From assembly GCF_009834535.1 (NCBI RefSeq), contig NC_045710.1, positions 21,700,001 through 21,764,000 of the forward strand: a stretch of 64,000 bases of DNA. The letters are read 5' to 3'. Below are positions 38,188-50,075 of this stretch, piece after piece. The notes beneath the pieces are model-generated. The model had not been told where the DNA came from. It worked only from the letters and a program-made list of their open reading frames with translations, and did no database searches. The position numbers and the translations under genes are program-made. Each line of letters opens with the position of its first letter. Within the stretch, counting starts at the first letter, position 1. The stretch is from Camelus ferus. Lineage: Eukaryota.

Positions 38188-39210
38188 CCTCATCTTCACT
38201 TTCTTTTCCTGGGGTCTCATCTCAACTTGCCCTCCCCTTGACGCCGAGAAAGAGTCAGAGAAGCCACTTGGAAAGGAAAGGTTGGGGGAGTCCAGCCAAA
38301 TGACCCGATAAGCACAGGGACATGTATCTGGAAGAATCAGTGGCTGGGGTTGGGGCGTGAGCCTTCGGGGACCTGGCCTGTTGTTCAGTGGGTCCAGGGC
38401 GTTAAAAGAGTTTTCTGCAATGTCAAACTGTTAGTTGAAGGGGAGCAGGTCAGAAGCTCAGCCTCCTGATGCCACGACACCCTACTGTCCCCTGAGAATT
38501 GGCCCAGTTCTGGGAAACACTTGCCCTCTGATGAGCAGAGATATTCCCAGAAGAGAACCTGCCCTGAGGACCCCGCTCTGGGGACAGAGAAGCCCTCAGA
38601 TAGTCCCGAACTCCGGGTGGCCAACTTGCCACATGTGCTGCAGGTCACAGTGGGGACTGAGTGCGAGAATGTAGATCAGGACAAAGCCACCTACAGCACC
38701 GCCGGAGCAGCCCAGTGCTTGATGCCCCTGCCACGTTCTCACACAGGACCCAGCAGTCATGTTTGTTAGGATGTAGCAGTGGCTATGCCTTGACACTGGC
38801 CTCCACTTACAGCAGTGCTCGACTCGACCTTCCTGGGCTGAATCCTGACATTCAAGACCTGGGGGTTAAGGGACCACCTTTTCCCTTGTCAGAGGCTCAA
38901 ACAGGACCACCTGGGACCCTCCAACACCTAGCAGGAAGCATAAGTACGTCACAGCACGTGCGTGGGTGGACAAGGCTGGGCATCTCCTCAGCACACGTCT
39001 CCGCCAGGCCTCACTCCCTTCAGCAGAAGTCTCCACAAGGACAGAAACCTCCTAAAATAAGGGCAAAAGTGGTGCTGGCCTGAAAAAGGGTCCTCTTGGT
39101 TTCTGCCCAATATTCTGAGCATCTAATGTGGACTGCTTCCCTATACCATGTGACAGTGGGAAGGGCCAGGTGGTAATGAATCTGCCCACCCTACCCTTGC
39201 CTTGACTTAC

Positions 39211-39295
39211 CTAATGGGCTCAGTGGGGTCCAGGCGCCGCGCCTTCTGCTCTGGTGTGAGCTGCTCCCATTGGAAGTGGAGGCTCCAGTCAAACC
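39211..39295 (-). CDS. GALNT14: GALNT14 coding exon 8 (85 nt)
   Basis: Translates (G)[27 protein letters not shown](R); TAG/GTAAGT sites. Confidence 0.96.
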
Positions 39296-40042
39296 CTAAA
39301 ACACAGCATCCACTCTGCTGATTCATTGATATATCTATAGAACTTGCTCATTCTGGCCCTTCACCAGAAGTTCATGAATATACCTAGTTTCCCAGGTGGT
39401 CCCAGAGATAACAGGTCTCACCCGGGCTGATCAGTAACAGAGCTGCCTAATTTCCCTTTCACAGCTTCCTTCTCTTTCTCTACCTCCTACTGCCTCCCTG
39501 AGCCCTCTCTGCTGGGGCGGGGCAGTTAGGGAATGAGGGCAGAGGATGAAGAGTCGGGGTTGATAGAACCCACGGGTGGGGCCCAAGGGGGACACGATGG
39601 ACAGTTATGGAGTGTGGCCCTAGGACAGCAGTCTCAGGAGGGGTGTAAGCAGGAGGTGTGTGAGTGGCATCACTTCTAATCAATCTTGGGGAAGCAGCAT
39701 TCGGTCCTGGGAAGAGCTGTGGGGGCCACATAGAAGAGGGTGGTGCCCTCTGATGGGGCGCCGGAACAATTCAGGCCCCACACGGCCAGGGGGTCCTTGC
39801 CTCCCTCACACCCTCCCACCCTGAAGGGAGCCCTGTGATGGAGCCAGAGCTCTGTGTGCTCATCTGGCCCTTCCAATCACAGTGCCCGTGGTAAGGGCCA
39901 CACTGGAGCTACTGACATCACAGGTTGCAGGGCTGGATGTCCCAGACAAACCACTAAGAGGCTTTGCTCACTTTCCCCCTTGGCAGCAACAAGTAGCAGA
40001 AAAAGAAAGTCCTTCCTGGGCAGGCGCCTTAGCCCCACTCAC

Positions 40043-40130
40043 CCCCTCTGAGCTCTGTGGCTGACTCGATGTAGTTGAAAGTGTCCAGGTGGATGATATC
40101 GATCACAGGGCACACCACCCGCGTGTAGTC
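40043..40130 (-). CDS. GALNT14: GALNT14 coding exon 7 (88 nt)
   Basis: Translates [29 protein letters not shown](G); CAG/GTGAGT sites. Confidence 0.96.
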
Positions 40131-40639
40131 CTGGAAAACAAAAGGCTCACACACTCAGTTGGTGGTGCCAAGGAACCAGACAGGGAACCAGGGGACTTGG
40201 TAGGGCCTCACCCTGGGAGGGCCGGAGATCAGTTTCAGGACCCTGACCAAGCATTTTCCTCTCTGGACCTCAATGTTCTCATCTGTAAAATGGGGCAGTG
40301 GACACTGTTACCTTTCTAGTTATGATGCCCCCAATGCAAGAGCCTTTCCCTAACTCTCGGGAGCCTTCTCACAGCCATCTAAGCATGGCGGAGACGCAGG
40401 GAGGCTGGTTGGAGCATGGTTCACACCAAACAGAGGGACGTCAGGAAGAAGGAAGCTCTAGGAGTCCTTCCCTAGCATGGGGCTCTCAGGAGGCAGAAGA
40501 CATGGTTAGTGGGAAGGTGGCCTCCAGCCTGCAGCTCCAAGAAGCAAAGTCACAGCCCCGCAGTGGGAACTCTTGGAATTTCCCAAGACTTTCCTTCTCG
40601 GCTTACAGTTCATGGGCAAGTTGATGAATAGCATCTCCA

Positions 40640-41270
40640 GAGACCCCCAACTTCCATTTTCTCCTGCAGTACTAAGATCTGTCCCTCCAGCCTTGACTTC
40701 ATGCCTCACTTCTAGACTCAGATGGGTCCAGGATGCCGCCAGCTACCTCCATGTGGATTTCACACAGCCTTTCAGTGGTGCCTTCACCACTGTCTCCCTG
40801 CACATGCTCCTTTCCCTTGGTTCCCTATTTCTATCAACAGAACCATCACACATCTCTCTTCTTTCCCAGCAGTAACTTAAGAAGCTTCACCTCTGCCCAT
40901 CAACTTGATCAATCCTGCCGACTATAACTCTAAAACTGCCCTTCTGTACAGATTCTGCCCCTCCCTCACGCCCCTCCCCTGGAGTATACCACCATGGACT
41001 CCTAGCCCCTCCCCACCTCATCTCACCCTTTCCCCTCTCATTCTACAGGTGGCTGACATCAAATCTTACTTCTGTAGCTCTACAGCTAAAAACTTGAATT
41101 GCCTTAAAGAGAAGGTTCAAACTCCTCAAGCCTGGCATCTGAGACCATCAAAAACAGGCCTGGATCTAACTTTCCAGCCTCACAACTTGCTGTTTCCTCC
41201 AGGCTACCCTATCTGTAACCATCAAAGTCATCCAGGAGATGGTTGCAAAATCTGCAAGACAAATTCTTAG
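40640..41270 (+). mobile_element. L2 LINE fragment
   Basis: agaaggttcaaactcctcaagcctggcatctgagacc...ggcctggatctaactttccagcctc resembles the L2 3' region. Confidence 0.6.
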
Positions 41271-42039
41271 GCACCATCAAGGCATGGCATCTATTTTTAA
41301 AAAGTTCCTTAATTCTGAGTGAACACTCCTGTCCTGTCCCAGCTGCAGGAGGGGAGACTGGGCCCCCGAGGGCAGTATAAATGAGCTGTGACCGACCATG
41401 AAGACCTGGTAGCTGAATGGGAGTCCAGCAGCTGGGGAGAGTCAGCAGGTCTGGGCCAAGCAGGCAGGACCACTTTTCCACTCCTCTGCACCCAGCACCC
41501 TCGCTCAGCACGGGCGGGAACTTCTGTTTCTCCTTGAAACCATTTAATTTCCTGGTTCAATCTCTTCCCCCAATGAGGCTGTCTTCTTCTTTTAAGCTCA
41601 GATTCACCAAGTGCCTGCCTTTACGTTCACAGACTTAATGTGGCCCTCAGCCTCCACATGCGACTCATCCTGACAGTGACAAGGTGCTTCTGAAGCTAAC
41701 TGGCTCCCGTGGAAGGAAATGCTCACTTTCAATGCATTGCTCTCCCTCCAGGGTGGGCACAGATGCTTCCTGCACAGTCAGCGCGGCACCTGCCCAGCCA
41801 CCACATGCTCTGGGGCCACTGTCATCGTGGGTCTGTGAGTGTATTACACACTGAGTGCACACATAGCCACCCGCCATCCACACCAATACCAACACAGAGA
41901 TGCACCCAAAGACATCCTCCTAACTTGAATTCTGAAATGTTCTAAAAGTTCAGAGGCTGACCTTCCTCTGTGGGCCTGCCAAAATCCCCTTCTTGCATTT
42001 GTCTGCTGAGTTTTGGGGCCTCTGTAGCTTCACTGAGTC

Positions 42040-42620
42040 CTGTACAGTCAAGGATTAACCTTGCCCACAGATATGTCTGACCCTTGCCCAGCTCCTGGGA
42101 GGTAACTTCTAAGTCCTTGGCATGTTCTGCCTATAAAAGTGTCTTTGCTTACCTGGGACCCTGAGGCTATACCAGACAGTATATGCCAACAATGAGATTT
42201 ATGGTAAGGGCCCTGGGCCATGTGGTACCAATGCAACTTGACCTCTGGCCATCAACTTGATCAAAAAGCATGGAGACCATGGCGGTTATCTGCCATGTCT
42301 ATGTGACTGATCTCCAATAAAAACCCTGGACACCAAGGCTGGGCTGGGCTTCCCTGTTTGGCAACACTCTGTGAGTGTCGCCACACGTCCTGGCTGGAAG
42401 AAGCGCGTGCTGCCTGCACGCACGCCTGCCAGCACTGGAAGGGGACAACTGGACAATCATGCCTGGAACTTTCCCCCTGGCATCCTTTCCCACTGCTGAT
42501 TTTAATCCAGATCTTTTCATTGTAATAAACAGTAGCCACGTGTGAGCATCTTTGCTAAGTTCTGGTCCTTCTAGTGAATTATTGAAACTGAGGGTGGTCT
42601 TGGGGACCCCTAACCTGCAA
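42040..42620 (+). mobile_element. MER21-family ERVL LTR
   Basis: aaggattaaccttgccc...gctcctgggaggtaacttctaagtccttgg...ccaataaaaaccctggacacc...gagggtggtcttggggacccc. Confidence 0.8.
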
Positions 42621-43434
42621 TCCTTTTCTTTTTTTTTTAGTCTTTCCTCAATATTTGGAAACCAAAATACAAGATAAAATGCTGGTTGGTTACTTGGGCA
42701 ACAGGTTTCCTAAGAAGGCACCCATGGGCTCTGCCTCCTGAGCTGCGGCAGGCTCTGGGGGTACCTTCCTGTAAGTTCTCAGGGTGTCTGCCCTTCTGTT
42801 ATTTACATCACAACTCGGTTGTGGCATCTGCTTGGCTCAGAGACATGGAGGCCAGAGAGGCAGTGTAGGATGTTTGGGACTAAGTGGAGTCAAGAAGGGG
42901 CTGCAGGAGACTTTCAATATGACCCATCAAAGCCAGGATACGAACCTCTCTAAGTGACCCTGGAGGTCAGATCTGCTCCACTTTCACAGCCCTCAACCCC
43001 AGGCCAGAGCCTGCTGGGCAGCAGGTGGTCATTTGGCTACAAGAGGGCAGCTACCGACTCTTCTGAGGACACTATCAATGGCTGCAGTAAAGAGGTAGAT
43101 CGATTACAGCTGAGCAAGAAGGCCTCTCCTCCTATAGGCTCAGGGATGAATGGACTCTCCAGAGAGATACCCAGACCCACTGCAGGTCCCCGCCTCTGTG
43201 CCCCAGTGGCTGTGTCTTCAAGGCTAGATCCACAGGTAGGCTCCAGTGGGCAACTGGTGGAATCCCTGGTAGATCCAGAACACTTCGTCCCCTTCCCCTA
43301 CACAAATCCAAGCCCATGCCTCAGCACCGCTAGTGAGAGCCAATGGCAGGACATCAGTCACCCGTCCAGTCATACCTCTCTCCTCTCTCCGCGGAAACCA
43401 CGTTGTGAATGGACAATAAAAAGCTTCTAGAGAC

Positions 43435-43530
43435 AATCATTCACTCACTTCATCAACCAGCATTCCTGAGGACCTACTATGGTTTAGGGATTGTGGTTGA
43501 TACAAAGATGAGGAAGACCTTGCTCTCTAG
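43435..43530 (-). mobile_element. L2 3' end fragment
   Basis: tcattcactcacttcatcaaccagcattcctgaggacctactatg. Confidence 0.55.
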
Positions 43531-44544
43531 GAGAATAGAGGATGACAGTGTGGCATCTCTGATTGCCTGGAGGGAGGGGTGGGGCACAAGAGAGGGGCCA
43601 GAGACCAGGTTTCCATTCTGGTTCTGCCATCTAGAATGCATGCAACCTCAAGAAAACTCTGTTTCTTCATATATGAAGCAAAGACAAATTATTATTTGCA
43701 AAACAATCCCACCTTCCTAACAGGGCTTTTGTTAGGACCAAGAGAGGAAAACATGTGAAAGGGCTTTGAAGTATATGTAAGCCATTATTTTTATCAATTT
43801 ACCAAATTCTACAGGGATTGAAATTTCTTAAAATCTTTTTTCCTACTAAAGGAATATGTAGATAAGGAGAGGGGAGAAAGGAGCCTCTGTTTAAAAAGCC
43901 CCCAACAACTCGGTGCTTGTTTCAAGTCGCATCATGAAATCGAAGGGAAGGGAGGGAAATCGAGGAGATTTTCCACATGGAGAACACCAGCTAAGGACAG
44001 CTTCTGGCAGCTCCAGCCCAGTTTCCTTCTTATCTCTTTCTATTTTTGAAAATCCTAAACTCCAATCACAGCTGAAAATTTCCACTTCCACTCACAAGAT
44101 CAAATCACATTTTACTCTGAAACGAGACACATACAAAAACACGTGGAAACAGGCTGACACGTGCCCATGCTCCCTGTCCTGAAGGCGATGTCTCAGCAGG
44201 ACCTTTTCGTTATCCAGAGTCGGGGTCTGATGAATCCCTCTGCAGGGGCAGAGCAGGAACATAGTCCTGGGTTTGTCTGATCAATCCTCTGCTATGAAAG
44301 CTTTAGGTCAGACAGTGGTGGGGACCAGGAGCTTGGCTTGGGGGTGCTGAGCTCAATCTTGGGGCCACAAGGCTCCTACAGGAGGATCACTATGCACTGA
44401 AGCTGACCAAGGATGCACAAGAAGGCATTTTTCAAGGAGGGCTTCTGAGATGGACTCAGAGCCATGAGGATGGAAGGGAACTCCAGGTTCATTAAGGCTG
44501 CTGCAGGAAAGCATCTTGAAGGGACAAGTCAGCCTGGAGGTCCA

Positions 44545-44738
44545 CATAGGTCAAACACTGAATTTCCATATGACCCAGCAGTTCCGCTCCTCAGTATAAA
44601 CCCTGAAGAACTGAAAGCAGGTACTCAGAGGAAAACTTGTACACAAATGATTGCAGCAAAAATATTCACAAAAACTGTAAAAAGGCAGACCCAAATGTCC
44701 ATCTGAGGATGAGCGGATGAACAAAAGGTGGTATACAC
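44545..44738 (+). mobile_element. Old L1 (L1MB/MC-like) 3' fragment
   Basis: ccatatgacccagcagttccgctcctcagtataaaccc...gaactgaaagcaggtactcag...cccaaatgtccatc...gatgaacaaaaggtggtatacac. Confidence 0.8.
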
Positions 44739-45150
44739 AGTGATGTTGTGATATAATAAGAAATACATACTTGGCTTTTGTTCCTTCTAAAACCCTTGGA
44801 ATTCCCTGAGTGATGGGGTGACAGGAGCATCTGTTCTTAATCATGATGAGCCTCTTTCACGATGTCTGAGTTTATACTAATGAGCTGACTCTTAGAGGAT
44901 GGGAGCTGGTTACCGGAGGAACAAAACATGTGATTAAAGGGTTGGAAATTTCAGCCCTGCCCCAACCCTGCCCATTTCCTTCCCTACTCGCCTGCCACCC
45001 CCAGGGAGAGGGGAGGTACTGAAGACTAAGTTCAACCACCAACAGCCAATGATCTAATCAATCTTGCCTACATAAAGAAGGCTCCATAAAACCCCTAAAC
45101 AGCAAGGTTTGAAGAGCTTCCAGGTTGGGGAGCCCAGGAGGGTGTGAATG
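44739..45150 (+). mobile_element. MER21-family ERVL LTR (partial)
   Basis: tgtgatataataagaaatacat...ctaaaacccttggaattccctgagtgat...gtgattaaagggttggaaatttcagcc...gagcttccaggttgg. Confidence 0.8.
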
Positions 45151-46835
45151 CCCTTTCATGTGGTCCATCCCAAATCTCCCCTAGAAACTCTGCCCAAAAT
45201 AGATGCTTGATAAAGGTCTGCTACTTAGAGTCAGGAAGCGAGCCTTTTTACCTCCTATTCCAACCCCTCTCTCCACCCCATTGTGTCTGGCTTCTTATTA
45301 ATATCATTTCCAAACACTAAGCACCTTACTCTATGACCACAAGGAGGTGACTGGTGCCCTCCTTGGGTTTGTAATCTTTCAGGGGAGTCAGAGAACTAAA
45401 CCCAGAAGAGGAAATTGTGGGGCCAAGTGGGCAATTCTTGCCGGGAGTGATCCCAGCTGGCCATGCAGCCAGGAAAGGCTTCCTGGAGGAGGGGAAATGT
45501 GAGTGAGGCCCTGAAAATCAAGGGGGTTGTGGAGAGGAGGGAAAAGACATCCAGGGACAGGAAGGGCTTGGTGGGAGATGAAGCAGTAGGAATGTTGGGG
45601 CACAATCGGGGGAAGGAGCAGCCCAGCTTTGTTGGGTTGTTGACTGGGGGGGCCTGCTGTTTGTAGGTGGAGAACAGAGGGAGGGGAGGACTTAGAAGGG
45701 CCTCCAGTGCCAGGAGAAGCCACTCAATGGAATGGTCTGCTCATAATCTCCATTCCCCAATCCAGACCTCTTCACCTGGTTATGTTGTACCCTTATGCTG
45801 AGCCCTCCCCATCTCAGGAAAAATGGTCAAGAGATGAGTTTGGATATCTAGGCTCACGTGTGAGAACTTTGTACACCCACCAAGGTTCTCTCATTGGCAT
45901 GAACAAAGTCGGTAAGGATTTCTTAGCACTCTGAGCTGTTTACACATCTCAATTTTTTCATCCTCTGAACACCATCATTTTGCAGGTAGGAGTCAAGGAG
46001 CCCCCTTGAAGAGCGAGAAGGAAATAACCACAGTACAGGGAAGATGCTGTTAAGGCAACATGGAAGGTTCTGGTGCTGGCGGTACCAACTAGGGAATATC
46101 AGCCCAAGACATAAAACTCTCCTTGAGGTGATGTCCTCATCTGTGAAATGGGTATGTTAAAAATATCTGGCCTCCCACTTCACAGAGCAGCTGCAGGAGG
46201 CAGTAACTCGAGGGGGGAAATAAACAGCATAAATGCTAATCACAGACACTAGCATCTAAACACACAGTGCCTATAGTCCTTTTGGGGACTATAAAATGAT
46301 GATGGGAAATTAAAATTTTTTTTTTCACTCTCAAGAGGAAGAACTGAGACATGGAGAGAGAAAGCAGACAGAATTCTCAAGTAATTTAACGGCAGACAGA
46401 GGCAAGGAATTCAGGTCTCTTAGCATCCAGTCCCTCTGCCTTGGCCTTTGGTTGAGGGTGACATGTGGGTGGAAGTTCAGGAATTGAGTGACGAGGCCTG
46501 GTTAATTCTGCTGCTTCATTTTCACAAATGGCACTCATCAGTGCTCCCTTTCTGGGAACTTCTAATGCCTGGGAGAAATCATTCTGGGCAGTTCTCTTGC
46601 CCAGGAAGCTGCATGTGTCATGGACCCGCTGTGGGTGATAGAGTGATGCAGAGAACAGGTCCTGGACTTTGTTCCACCACTGTCTGCTGGGTGACCTGGG
46701 CTGGCTGCTATCCTTCAGTTGCTTCACCTATAAAAAGGGGTCAGCAATCTGTCCCACCCACCTCCCAAGGGATGGAAGGCCTATGTGAAGGACTGAGCTG
46801 GGGGAAGTCAGGGGCATGGACTCCGCCTCACTCAC

Positions 46836-46957
46836 CTCTTTGACCCTGTGCAGCAGGGGCTGGAGCCAGTCCCTGTTCACCTCACAGTGGCTGTCGAGGA
46901 AAGTCAGGGTGGTGCCCTGGGCTATATCAGCACCCCGGATCCGGGACCGGACCAGAC
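46836..46957 (-). CDS. GALNT14: GALNT14 coding exon 6 (122 nt) with the DxH Mn-binding motif
   Basis: Translates (G)[40 protein letters not shown]; FLDSHCE is the GalNAc-T DxH motif; CAG/GTGAGT sites. Confidence 0.97.
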
Positions 46958-47097
46958 CTGCAAGAGGGACAAATGGTTAACTGGGTGCCACTGTTGCTCA
47001 ATTGTCCAACCACATTGAACACACACACTCAAAGGCACACATGTACCACTGATCCCCACACCCCCACCCCCAGGCCCGCCCAGCAGCACACACCTAC

Positions 47098-47163
47098 CTT
47101 GCCGCTCATTATTCCGTAAGCATTTCACCTTGGGTAGCTTGATGAGCTGTTTGCAGTCCTCGG
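47098..47163 (-). CDS. GALNT14: GALNT14 coding exon 5 (66 nt)
   Basis: Translates (P)[21 protein letters not shown](G); CAG acceptor, GTAGGT donor. Confidence 0.96.
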
Positions 47164-47929
47164 CTGCAAAGACAAAAGGTGACGTGGATTGAGAGCCCAG
47201 GGATGGAGGTGAACGTGCACAGTAGGTGAGGCAGCCCGGGCTCCCGTCCCCACCCCCAACTACCGGGCCCCATCCTGACTCAGGGTGTTGGGGGCTTTGG
47301 AAGGGGCTGACTGGCCACGGCTATCAGTATACAACGTGGCTCAGTCTGTGCAAAGCGGCCTTGGGGGGGCCTCTTGGGAGCAGGTCAGTCACACAGTGGC
47401 ACCTGCGTAATTGCTGGAACACTTCCGGATTGCATGGTCACCTGGGGACGTTGCTCCTTTTCTATAGATCATTCAAAGCATGAGACAGGAGCCCTATTCA
47501 CTTTAGTGGGGTCTGGTAAAAAGCTGCTGGGAGGCCAGAGAGTAGGTGAGATAACTTTTGGAGTTTCCTTTCAGATCATGGACACTTAGTATAGGAGACT
47601 CTATTTGTTAAGGAATCCAGGCCATGTACTCCATCACAAAGAGCTGGCTCACCTCTCCACCATGCGGGGAGCTATGCCAGGATGGGCAAGAGGCAGGTCT
47701 TGGGGACCCACCCTGGCTTGCCTGCCTGCCCCATCACTCCTCTAGTTCACCAATTCTTGGCGCTGAACTCTGGACCTTCAGTTTTGGTTTTGCTTCAGTG
47801 GTTTACCAACCTTTGCCTCTCTGCTTGGCTCTGGACTCTACAGAGTGACCACAAAGATGCACAGGGGCTTCTGAGCCAAGGACTGTTCAAAGCATTTCAA
47901 ATGCATTAACCCAGTTGCAGCCTTATGTA

Positions 47930-48085
47930 AACTGTACATATTACTGTTCTCTCCATTTTACAGGCAAGGCAACTGAGTCACTTTCAGGTTGCCAAGGCAC
48001 ACAGCCAGGAAGAGGGTAAGGGACAGGCCTGGGATTTGAAGCCAGGCAATTGGCACCAGGGGCCACGCTCTGACCACTCAGCTAC
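47930..48085 (-). mobile_element. MIR SINE
   Basis: ctccattttacaggcaaggcaactgag...gccaaggcacacagcc...ctgggatttgaagccaggc. Confidence 0.7.
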
Positions 48086-49259
48086 TCCGCTTCTAAGTGA
48101 ATCCAGCAGCATTCCCTTCTCCAGCTTCAATGGCAGGCTACCTCCTGGCAGGAAAACTGTCTCCCCACCTCCAACCCTTCCTCACTAGGGAAGGGAGATC
48201 AGATCACAGAGTTTCAGAACTCAAGCCCAATCTTATTACCCTGGATCTGGTGCACAACCCACTTCGGCATTATTTCCAAAGTTCGGATGCTGTGTCAGGA
48301 ATGTGGGTTTCCAGCCTTCCTACAACAGACCCCAACATGGCAGTGGCTTCTACGCCCAGCTTCCAGCACCAGGGCTGGTGGGGATAGACTCCACGCTTCT
48401 GCGACTTGGAGCTGTCCCTAGTGGCCACCACCCGCTTCCCCCGTTTCATCACAGGGAAGAGGCAGTCCTGCCTGGATGTGTTGACTGCCTGGAACAGCAC
48501 CCGGGCTGGGACGATGGCTCTCAGAAGAGGAGTCAGCACTACCAGTGCTTGAAGTGTAAGACTTCTACAACAATCATACTGTCAAACTGAACACACAGGT
48601 GTCTAAAAACACCCGTGTGCTTTTCTCAGGGCAAGTGGACTTGGAGTATGAATTTGGGTGGGACCCAGGTTCTTGGACAGGACGACTAGGAGATAGTAAC
48701 GACCAGTGGTTGGAAGGTTGGAAGGCAGCTGCTCACTGTCACGGCCAGATGATGGGATGTCCCCAAAACAGAGTCCTCCCAGCCCAGCCCTGCTGTGGGA
48801 ATCAAAGGGGGAAGATGGGTGCCCTTAGCTCAGGCTGGCGGATTATCAGAACATATGAGCCAGGAATCTCCAGATGTGACACTGCTTCAGGGCTCGAGGT
48901 CCCAGTGTCCATCCTTTGAAAGTGTGGGGCCTCTTTTCATTTCCAGGAATGCAGGTTGGGGACAGTGCCACATAAGCACGTGCATGCATACATTCGTAAA
49001 CACACCAACCACATCAGCAATCAACTAAACTGAACTGGGTAGATCCTCAAAGACTCATAGCAGAGAACACAAGACACTGTTTTTCGGATGGAAGGTCTAT
49101 GTACTTCTTGAGCCCCGCGCGGACACTCAAAGTCTTCTATACCCACTACAAACCTAGGCTTTCCTCCATCCCCAGAGAACCAGCAGGCTCACCTCTGCCA
49201 CTTATACAGGGGCTGGAAACACATTTGTGTCCACAGTACCAGGGAGTGATGGTACTTAC

Positions 49260-49327
49260 GGTCATTGCTGAAGTCATCCACTAATATGATTTCCTGGATC
49301 AGATTCATAGGGGTGCGGTTTAATATG
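49260..49327 (-). CDS. GALNT14: GALNT14 coding exon 4 (68 nt)
   Basis: Translates (S)[22 protein letters not shown](P); CAG acceptor, GTAAGT donor; phase matches exons 3 and 5. Confidence 0.96.
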
Positions 49328-49879
49328 CTGTGAGTTGGAAAGAGGAAAGAGCATTATGACTTCTAATGGCAAATCTATGTATTAGCCTAAGCTTTAAATA
49401 GACACCACTGTATTTGAAGAATAAAACTCAGCCACACAACTCACCTGAGAGCCACCAGAACATAACCCTGCTTTGTCTTAATGAATGCCACCACCACCCC
49501 CAGCACCCAGACAGAGATTGGGAAATCATCCTCAAAGACCCTCCCTCTCCTGGAAATCCTGTATCACATCAGTGACCAAGATGTGCTGGTCCTCCTGGAA
49601 AATGAGTGAGAATTAATTGCTTCCTCCTCTGGGGTTCCCTCTGCCGTTTGTATCTGAAGCTTTCTGACTATGAGGGCTGGTTTTTCTGGCCCCCTTTAAT
49701 GGTCATCTCCCTGGGGGCAGAGGCCTTGTCAAGTTACTGTCTGTATTGCCAGAGTCCAGCTGTGCCTTGGCCCATAACCATTCCCTCCAGGGATGTTCAG
49801 TGCACACCTCCTATGTGCTAGGTTCTGGGTATATGATGAGAGTAAGGGGAGATGTGAGCTCTGACTCCAGAAGCTTGTG

Positions 49880-50075
49880 GTCTAGGGGCTACTTACTACA
49901 AGCTGTGTAACCTTGGGCAGGTTACTTCACTGCTCTGTGCAATGAAGTACTCCCATCTGTAAAATGGGGATAGTAATAGTAGTACCTGCTTCACAGGGCC
50001 ATTGGGAGAACTAAAGGAGACTGCTTCTAAAGCAGTTAGCACAATTTCTGCTGATAAAAGCGGTAAAAAGTGGTA
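49880..50075 (+). mobile_element. MIR SINE
   Basis: ctacttactacaagctgtgtaaccttgggcaggttacttcac...catctgtaaaatggggatagtaatagtagtacc. Confidence 0.85.

Noticed and set aside
44551-44844. ORFs resembling L1-derived peptides
   Set aside because: Degenerate L1 and LTR remnants, not functional genes
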